From: Octopus vulgaris
Taxonomy: Eukaryota
Direction: 5' to 3'
Assembly: GCA_951406725.2 (NCBI GenBank)
Contig: OX597815.1
Span: 62,000,001-62,064,000 of the forward strand
Length of the DNA: 64,000 nucleotides
Shown: positions 55,275-64,000 of the stretch, in pieces
Position numbering within the stretch: the first letter of the stretch is position 1
Layout of the letters: each line of letters opens with the position of its first letter
The notes under the pieces: model-generated
Told to the model about the DNA's origin: nothing
The model's database searches: none
The model's input: only the letters and a program-made list of their open reading frames with translations
Translations under genes and position numbers: made by a program

Positions 55275-55539
55275 TTATTTATATATAGTAATAACAATAA
55301 TAATCTTTGCATGGAATTTATAAATAGTCGGCCTAATAGAATAGGAGCTTTTATATACATATTCAAAACATTTCCCATGCACAAAACAGTGCAGATCCAA
55401 GTGAAATATATTTAAACATTGCAAAGCGTCAGTGAGGGTGAACAAGGAATGTACTCTTTATTTGTTAATGATGTGCAGAAAGGAAGATGTAGGGAGTCTC
55501 CTTGACCAATTCATGATTGTATTACTGTTCTTCCATCAC

Positions 55540-55710
55540 GAGAGGTTAGTCCGTCTTTACATTCTGAATTCAAATTCCACCCAGTTCTACTGTGTCTTTC
55601 ATTTCTTCGGGGTCGATAAAATAAGTATCAGTTGAGTACTGGAGTCGATATAATCGACTTAACCCTTCCCCCGAAATTGCTGGTCTTGTGCCAAAATTTG
55701 AAACCAAGAT
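55540..55710 (+). mobile_element. SINE family B
   Basis: Homology to family B. Confidence 0.75.
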
Positions 55711-57140
55711 TATTCGTTGTTGATATTACTTGAGAGTTGCATGCTAATTAATCCGACCTAAGATTAATTAGTGGGATTAATTAATCTAGGGTTGTGTCGT
55801 CACATACGCCTAACGTTTTAGTAAAACTTCTTATCTATTATTTAATTATGATCTTTCTTTGTTTTGTCTCACTATTATTATCGGTCGCTATAAGATGTAT
55901 CTGCACTATTTTCGATATACTTCATTGTTATATCAGTTTAGTAACTGGTTACGCTTTTCTATTTTGCAAAAGGTTTTAGTTTTATCAAAATATATGAACG
56001 AATTTTCTTCTTTAGGCGCCTTCCTATTCACAAGGACTAGTTCAGATTTATTTGGGAAGGTTTTAGTATACGTAGGGATAGATTTTCACTGATTATAGTT
56101 TTAAATCTAAATTTATTTTGGAAGGTATTGGTATACTTAGAGGTATTTATATTGGATATCATATCTAAAGTGTTAGATTCAATGTATTTTAGGGCCTAAA
56201 ATTTTGGCGGGGTTGGGACAGTTGTGTGTCTTTCTGAGATACTAGGTAGGTATTTCAGTGATTTTAGTGTCATGGAAGGAATATTTCAGGTATATGCGTT
56301 AAGTTCCTTCCTAACATTTCTCCGTAGTTTTTTCAATCGGTGCTTATTGTGGAATCGGTCAAGTTGGTTTTTAGTTTTTGGTTATGACAAGTGTTCTACT
56401 ATTTGCCTAGCTACGCTACATCGCAAGTCATAAATATAACACTACAACGTGCTGACGGGACATCGCTATGGTAGAATATACGCGATTTTCTTTTTACATG
56501 AACAAACATACAGAATTCCATGCTGTATAATAATTATAAATAATATTGACGATAATTAGATCAGTCCAGCACAATAAATTGAAATTTTCGAACATCTAAT
56601 GTAACAGAATATTATGATTCATGAATGTTATTCAACTGGTACACCATAAAAACTGTTTTGGTTTGATCCCCCAACCCTCACCCCAAACTGGTAGTCATCT
56701 TAAATAGTCCAAAGTACAAGCAAAAAGTATGCAACACCGTAATACCATTAACATAAAAATTTCACTGACTGGTTCGAGAGTGTTATATTTATTTAGAAAG
56801 AGATTCCAAGAACTTTATTAAAAACACAATAAGTAGGTGAGACAAAATAATACAAGAAGATAAAGTGTCAAAGAAATACAGGTATCAAAAGCTAATGGCA
56901 ACTTAATTTATTTACCTCATTCTGTACTTTGAGTGAAATAGAGTAATGTAGAATGAATGCATTACAGCGGTATAGTAGAAAGAAACTGCAAAAACAGCTC
57001 TTCAATCACACCTCTTTTTTTCAGACATATAAATGTGGAACGTTACAAACTTGCCCTTTTACATTTAGTATTTGAAAGAGCTATTGATTTCAACGTAAGT
57101 AAAAGAACCTGTACAGTTGTAAGTGACGTAAGTAAAATCC

Positions 57141-57450
57141 CTAGTTGTTGACCGGAGGTGGAGGCTGTCCTCTCGACCAATGCGATGCAGTGAGTGTCAC
57201 TCGATGACAGACTCTGTTATTCCACAATTCCTGATTCATGGCATACTTGAGATCGTGACGCTGCGATTTCAAGATGCTCCGCAATTTGCTTCCCCCATAT
57301 CTTCTTTGGTGTACTGCGCTGAATTCTGCAGTGCATGGTAGCTTTGCAGTGCTCATCTTCCAGATGTTGCTAAACCGCTATAGGTTGCGTTGCCGGATTT
57401 GGTCTTCAATGGTCAACAGCTGCTGGCATTCTTCATTGATGTTGTTGTCT
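57141..57450 (-). pseudogene. Old LINE (RTE-like) C-terminal remnant
   Basis: Minus strand: TIEDQIRQRNL*RFSNIWKMSTAKLP, resembling the I..RRLRWFGHI.RM...RLP motif. Confidence 0.5.
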
Positions 57451-57664
57451 GAGACATTAATAAAAGATAAGATTTATGAAAGAGCCTCATACTTAAAAAT
57501 CATTCACAATTCTGCTAATCTAAATGTTATGTCAGAGATTTTCATTGGGCTAAACATATTTCTATACTTTACTATACACCTTTCAACATAAGTGAACGGT
57601 GTTTTTCTCTTGTACTTTTACGCCATCTTTTGTTACACATGGTATTTATCAACAATCATATATA

Positions 57665-58105
57665 CAGGCGTAGGCGTGTCTGTGTGGTAAGAAGCTTGCT
57701 TCCCAATCGCATGCTTCCCGGTTCAGTCCCACTGTGTGTCACCTTGAGAAGTGTTTTCCCCTATAGTCCCAGGCCGACCAAAGTGGATTTGGTAGACGGA
57801 AAGAAGCCTGTCGTATATATGTATATATATTATATACATACGTATATATGCATATATATATTTATGTGTGTGTGTGTGTTTGTGTGTGCATGCGTGCATG
57901 CGTGTGTGTATGCATGTGTGTCTTTATGTCTATGTTTGTCCCCCCACTACCGCTTGACAACCGGTGCTGGTATGCTTACGTCCCCGTAACTTAGCGGTTC
58001 GGCTAAAGTGACCGAGAACATAAGTACCAGACTTTAAAAAATAAGTACTGGGATCGATTAATTCGACTAAAACCTTTTCAAGGCGGTGACACAGCATGGC
58101 CACAG
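57665..58105 (+). mobile_element. SINE family A
   Basis: aggcgtaggcgtgtctgtgtggtaagaagc head through aaggcggtgacacagcatggccac. Confidence 0.8.
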
Positions 58106-58209
58106 GACGCAATCACACCAACACCGGTTCGCAAGTGATGATGGGGGACAAACACTGACACAAAGACACACACATACATAGATATATATATATACATATA
58201 CATACATAC

Positions 58210-58240
<31 letters not shown>

Positions 58241-58250
58241 CATACATACA

Positions 58251-58286
<36 letters not shown>

Positions 58287-58299
58287 TGTATATATATAT

Positions 58300-58712
58300 G
58301 CAGGAGTGGCTGTGTGGTAAGTAGCTTGCTAACCAACCACATGGTTCCGGGTTCAGTCCCACTGCGTGGCATCTTGGGCAAATGTCTTCTGCTATAGCCC
58401 CGGGCCGAGCAATGCCTTGTGAGTGGATTTGGTAGACGGAAACTGAAAGAAGCCTGTCGTATATATGTATATATGTATATGTATGTGCGTGTGTGTTTGT
58501 GTGTCTGTGTTTGTCCCCCTAGCATTGCTTGACAACCGATGCTGGTGTGTTTACGTCCCCGTAACTTAGCGGTTCGGCAAAAGAGACCGATAGAATAAGT
58601 ACTGGGCTTACAAAGAATATGTCCCGGGGTCGATTTGCTCGACTAAAGGCGGTACTCCAACATGGCCGCAGTCAAATGACTGAAACAAGTAAAAGAGTAA
58701 AGAGTAAGAGTA
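58300..58712 (+). mobile_element. SINE family A, full-length young copy
   Basis: Pol III A-box-like tggctgtgtggta and B-box-like gggttcagtccc; internal (TA/TG)n; LINE-like 3' stem-loops; (AAGAGTA)n tail. Confidence 0.92.
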
Positions 58713-58725
58713 ATATATATATATA

Positions 58726-58998
58726 AACAATTGCAGCGTGGCAGGTGTTTATAAGCCATTTAAGAAACACACAAAACCGTTAGATTCACTTCAACATTTA
58801 AATTTAATTTGTCAAAATATTTTCGTCGCTTTGAGACCGCGACCTGTTCACTGACAAACCTTAAATTTAAATGTTGAAGTGAATCTAACGGTTTTGTGTG
58901 TTTCTTAAATGGCTTATAAACACCTTCCACGCTGCAACTGTTTTCGTTCCAGCACGCGATCTCAGATCAAGTCACTCGCTATGCAAGTACATCTCCGT
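58726..58998. mobile_element. Second copy of the fold-back element at 14689-15032, with internal deletion
   Basis: Same arms and same 3' tail (ttttcgttccagcac...gtacatctc). Confidence 0.85.
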
Positions 58999-59211
58999 AA
59001 TATATATATGTATATTTCGTTTTGGGATTTGGTTTGCAAGATTCTTTATGTGAGTTCGTGTGTTGAGGCATATTCTGTTATGTCCGGCGGGAGTCATTCT
59101 CTTTTAGTGCCTTATAATTTAACACACTCACCGGTAAAATTTTCCCTTATTCCTTTTTTATTTTTCTAAAATTTTCGTTGCGTCTTGCAACTTTTTCAAT
59201 ATATATATAAA

Positions 59212-59727
59212 CGCAGGCATGGCTGTGTGGTAAGAAGCTTGCTTCCCAACCACATGGTTCCAGGTTTAGTCCCAATGCGTGGCATCTTGGACAAGTCTCT
59301 TCTGCTATAGCCTAGGGCCGACCAAAGCCTTGTGAGTGGATTTGGTAAACGGAAACTGAAAGAAGTCCATCCTATACATATATGTATATATTTGTGTGTC
59401 TGTGTTTGTTCACCCACCATCATTTGACAACCGATTCTGGTGTGTTCATGTCCCCGTAACTTAGCGGCTCGGCCAAAGAAACCGATAGAATAAGTAACCT
59501 TACAAAGAATAAATCCTGTGCTCCAGCATAGCCGCAGTCAAATTACTGAAACAAGTAAAAGAATAAGAAAGAATATATATACACGACGGGCTTCTTTCAG
59601 TTTCTGTCTTCCAAATTCACTCATAAGACTTTGGTCGGATCGAGACTATAGTAGAAGGTTCCACGCAGTGGACTGAACCCAAACCATGTGGTTGGGAGGC
59701 AAGCTTCTTACCATACAGCCACTCCTA
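59212..59727. mobile_element. SINE family A (+) followed by an inverted 5' fragment (-)
   Basis: Homology to family A in both orientations. Confidence 0.8.
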
Positions 59728-59734
59728 AGTTTTG

Positions 59735-60261
59735 ACGGTTTAGCTCACATCCATTTTTTATACCAGCGCTTGGGAGGAACGTGTGATCGTTGCATTGACC
59801 ATGATAGAAAGTTGAACAGAGAATCTGCGTCAAATTTTGCCAAAAGCTTGGCGTAACCCGCTCAGAGGTCTACGCAAAGTTTTGAAAAGGTTTTCATCGT
59901 TCTCGGCGCAATGAAGGAGAACTTGTGCAACTGAAGCCCGAGTGTCTTTTTGTTCAGCTGAAAGCAGCTTTGGCAGACATGTCTCAGACCCAAATCTTCA
60001 GTGATAATGGACTGAACTGAACCGTAACTAATCTGCACATCCTCTAATAACTCACGAATGCTGATTCGACGATTTCCTCGCACAGCTGCACGCACATCTG
60101 CGATGTTTTTTCCAGTTCTGCTGGCTACGGATCTCATAAAACGTTACAACTTAGTGCGCATGCACATCAAAGTTAAAGTCAATCTCTGTCAAGCGGCTTT
60201 ACTCTGCGTGCTTTAGATTCGTTACTATGACAACAGACCGTATATTTATTGATTAGACCTC

Positions 60262-60263
<2 letters not shown>
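59735..60263. mobile_element. Rearranged mariner derivative
   Basis: + strand RKVEQRICVKFCQKLG (transposase N-terminus); - strand NRRISIRELLEDVQISYGSVQSIITEDLGLRHV (HTH); TIR-like end, minus strand tacgaggtctaatcaataaat. Confidence 0.8.
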
Positions 60264-60303
<40 letters not shown>

Positions 60304-60310
<7 letters not shown>

Positions 60311-60441
60311 TCGCCATACTAATATGGCATTCTTATAAAAATAAGAAAAAAGCTGTCCGCTTATTAGCTCCATGGAGCTAATAAGCGGACAGCTTTTTTC
60401 TTATTTTTATAAGAATGCCATATTAGTATGGCGATAACTAT
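60304..60441. repeat. Perfect 138-bp palindrome with no loop
   Basis: Symmetric about ctcca|tggag (60372/60373). Confidence 0.95.
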
Positions 60442-60501
60442 TATTTTCCGGGAACGCTGCCGCTGTTCTCTTTTAGAGAGACTTAGTTATTTTAATATTT
60501 C

Positions 60502-60541
<40 letters not shown>

Positions 60542-60559
60542 AGTTATATTCTGTTAGGA

Positions 60560-60613
<54 letters not shown>

Positions 60614-60677
60614 TATGTATACCTGTACATCATCTCCAAACTTTCTAATGTATGTATGTATGTATATATATATATAT

Positions 60678-61020
60678 AAATGAGTAACAAAGATTTACTG
60701 GTGTCAATTTATTACAGCTATCTCAAGCGACTCCTTTAATTGATTAATGAAAACATTGCATCATTTGAAAGGAACCGTTATCTTAGATGACTGCAGATAC
60801 CTCTGAAGCAATGTAAATATTTTAAGTTCCTTATGTGAATATGGAACTTTAAGTGAATATGTTAAGGAAATGGTTGTATCCTTTATTTTTTTAAGTCAAT
60901 GCAGTCATCTGGAGAGAACGTTTTTTTTTTCAAATGATGAAATATTTTCATTAATCAGTTAAATGAGTCGCTTGGACCGGCCGTTGTGAATTGACACCTG
61001 TACATCTTTGTTACTTATTT
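60678..61020. repeat. Diverged long inverted repeat enclosing a degenerate hammerhead-like loop
   Basis: aaatgagtaacaaagat...agatgactgca / tgcagtcatct...atctttgttacttattt. Confidence 0.8.
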
Positions 61021-61280
61021 TTATTTTATTCACCTAACCTGGAATCTGCACTTCGAAAATACTATAGAAAGTACCTTTATAGAAAGTACAGGTCTGAATT
61101 ATCAAAGAGCGAATATCTTCACTTAGCTGGGTTGCATTGTCTGCACACTCGGCAGGAATATCAGGTACAAATACCCTTGCATCGAGTCTTGATATTCAAT
61201 TAACATTGTTTGGGTGTGCGGATTATATCGACCTAGGAAGGTGCCTTAATTTAAGTACCTGATTCAACGGAATCTTAATT

Positions 61281-61324
<44 letters not shown>

Positions 61325-61334
<10 letters not shown>

Positions 61335-61413
61335 ATATAATAAATAAATAAAATATATGCATATATACATACATATATGTACATATCTATATGTATATAT
61401 ACATATATATATC

Positions 61414-61469
<56 letters not shown>

Positions 61470-62840
61470 TACAGGACGCCACAAATAAACGTAGAACACA
61501 ACGAGAAACGAAAACATAAATTCAAACAAGGAAACGGACTTATTTTAACAACGAAAAAACAGAGTACAGGACAAACAATACAAGGAAAATTCCCCTTCAT
61601 CAGCTGCCCCTGGTTCAACTCAATGCGTGTTTCGAAGGTAAGGGCAGAACACGGCCAGGCCGAAGCAGTCCTTCTTGCAAAAGGAATTATATAAAATTCT
61701 TTTGCAGAGGGGTACAACAAGTGACAAGAACAGGACGTAAAAGCAATACAAATGAAGAAAAAACAGTAGAAAAAACAGTACAAATAAAGAATAACAGGAC
61801 AGGGAACCAACAATAAGGGCTTTTTTAGGCCTAGACGATGGAAAAATTAGTTAGAACGCATGTGAAAAATCGGCTTGCGAAAGACAGGGAAGTCGATGTA
61901 TGCTTGTTGAAAGCACGGAGCTGAAAGAAAGTTTTAATAGCACTCCGGTCAACGGTCAGAGAGAGGAGGAGGAGGAGAGAGAGGGGGGGGGAGAAACCAG
62001 AAAGGTTGAAAAATAAGAAGGTGAGAGACAGGTAGAGAGGAAGACAGACAGGTAGGGAGGAAAGGTCAAGTAAAGAGTAAGAGTGCGCGTCATGATTATT
62101 CAAATAAAAACTTACTTGGAGAAGAGAAACAACGCGTGCGTTCGGTCATATATTTACTCTTTTACTTGTTTCAGTCATTTGACTGCGGCCATGTTGGAGT
62201 ACCGCCTTTAGTCGAGCAAATCGACCCCGGGACATATTCTTTGTAACCCCAGTACTTATTCTATCGGTCTCTTTTGCCGAACCGCTAAGTGACAGGGACG
62301 TAAACACACCAGCATCGGTTGTCAAGCAATGCTAGGGGGACAAACACAGACACACAAACATATACGCACACACACATATATATATATATATACATATATA
62401 CGACGGGCTTCTTTCAGTTTCCGTCTACCAAATCCACTCACAAGGCATTGGTCGGCCCGGGGCTATAGCAGAAGACACTTGCCCAAGATGCCACGCAGTG
62501 GGACTGAACCCGGAACCATGTGGTTGGTTAGCAAGCTACTTACCACACAGCCACTCTTGCGCATATAATAACAATATAATAAATAAATAAAATATATGCA
62601 TATATACATACATATATGTACATACTTACACCTATATGTATATATACATGCATTCTACGTTTATTTGTGGTGTCCTGTACTCAGATATATATATATATAT
62701 ATATATGCATGTATACATACATATAGATATAAGTATGTACATATATGTATGTATATATGCATATATTTTATTTATTTATTATATTGTTATTATATGACCG
62801 AACGCACGCGCTGTTTCTCTTCTCCAAGTAAGTTTTTATA
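61325..62840. mobile_element. Non-coding element with partial tandem plus inverted terminal segment (Penelope-like architecture), interrupted by a SINE
   Basis: aacaatataataaataaataaaatatatgc at 61331 and 62570, inverted at about 62760-62790; 62107-62152 inverted at 62790-62837; related copy at 33565-33835. Confidence 0.65.
62154..62562 (-). mobile_element. SINE family A, full-length young copy
   Basis: Nearly identical reverse complement of 58300-58712. Confidence 0.92.
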
Positions 62841-63603
62841 TATATATAATTAAAATAAAACGGAGAAAAAAGACAAGAAAACACAACGCGCAGACGTAGT
62901 ACATGCAAAGAGAGGTTGCTTTACGTTTCGAGCATACCTCTTCTACGAAAACAGGAGACATAGGAAAGACCAAAAGAAAAGGAAGAAGGGGGAAAAATCG
63001 CCATCAGTCCACGCGTAGTTAAATTTTTGAAATGACCGGAAGTAGATGAACAAAAAGAAAGTGCTTTCTGGGTGGGAGTGTGTGAAGAAAGGTTGGTATT
63101 TGTGTGTATGTGTGGGTGGTCTGTGTGTGTCTGTTAATGTCGTAGAGAGAGATCAGCAGCTATGGTGACAACTGTATGTATGGGTAGTTGTGACAGCATG
63201 TGTGTGTGCTTTTATACTTATGGGATGGTCAGTATTGAGTCGGGGCAGTCTGAAGGATTTGTAAATGGGTGGGTGCGGATGTGCGTCTGTTTATGTTAGC
63301 ATGTGTACGTAGACGGAGTGGAAATGTATGTCTGTGTGTGTGTGGAAATGTGTATGTGTGTGTGTCCCACTCTCTCTGTGTCACTCTGTCTCTCTCTGTA
63401 TATGTATGTGTGTGTGTGTGCGCGGATGTGTGTATGCGCGTGAGTGAGTGTGGAAGTGTATGTATGTGTGTTGTGTGTGTGGAGGTATATGTTCGTTCGT
63501 GTGTCTATGCGTGCGTGTGTGCGTGAGTGTGCTAATATATATATATATATGTATACACACACACAAAATTATGTACATGTGTTGAGCGAAGTATCATTTG
63601 AAA

Positions 63604-63709
63604 AGTCATCTGACGAGACATCTGCACCGAAGGCTGCACCACAGCTAGTGGTACAGCATCTCACCCACGAGGGACTGATGAAAGATGGATCGAAACGATT
63701 GTTGTGATT
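63604..63709 (+). ncRNA. Hammerhead ribozyme motif with expanded stem II
   Basis: agtcat-CTGACGA-gacatct...agatggatc-GAAA-cgattg-TT-gtgatt, then aataaa. Confidence 0.7.
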
Positions 63710-63774
63710 AATAAAGAATCCGTGAATTCCATTTTCGCTTTCTCTCATTTGTTTTATACACAGACACAGACACA

Positions 63775-63849
<75 letters not shown>

Positions 63850-64000
63850 GTGAGCACACAAGTGCACAACAAGGTGGAGAAAATAGTACGCGAATACTAG
63901 AAGTAGAGTAATATACTTTTCATTAAAGCTGCAAAATTATCACACAAGTGTTACTCAGAGTTTCATTTTCTCGTTCGTCGATTTTAATTCAGTTTTCATC

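Noticed and set aside
58300-58375. tRNA-like sequence with A/B boxes
   Set aside because: It is a SINE head continuous with the SINE body, and no complete cloverleaf is evident.

Overview
AT-rich, microsatellite-dense eukaryotic DNA with no intact host protein-coding gene. Almost all listed ORFs are translations of simple repeats. The SINE families suggest an octopus/coleoid cephalopod genome (inference). The window is a mosaic of decayed mobile elements: two abundant tRNA-headed SINE families, a 5'-truncated CR1/L2-type LINE whose 3' end matches one SINE family, an RTE LINE with a 5' inversion, three fragments of an R4/Dong-type (REL endonuclease) retroelement, mariner remnants, a hAT MITE with an 8-bp TSD, non-autonomous Helitrons and a long-TIR foldback element. 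The most striking signal is about a dozen type-I hammerhead-ribozyme-like motifs (stem I-CTGANGA-stem II-GAAA-short or palindromic stem III-TH-stem I'). They belong to several unrelated non-coding families that often form fold-back or partial-tandem structures next to (TA)n tracts, as expected for non-autonomous Penelope-like elements or retrozymes. Coordinates were read by eye and element boundaries are approximate.
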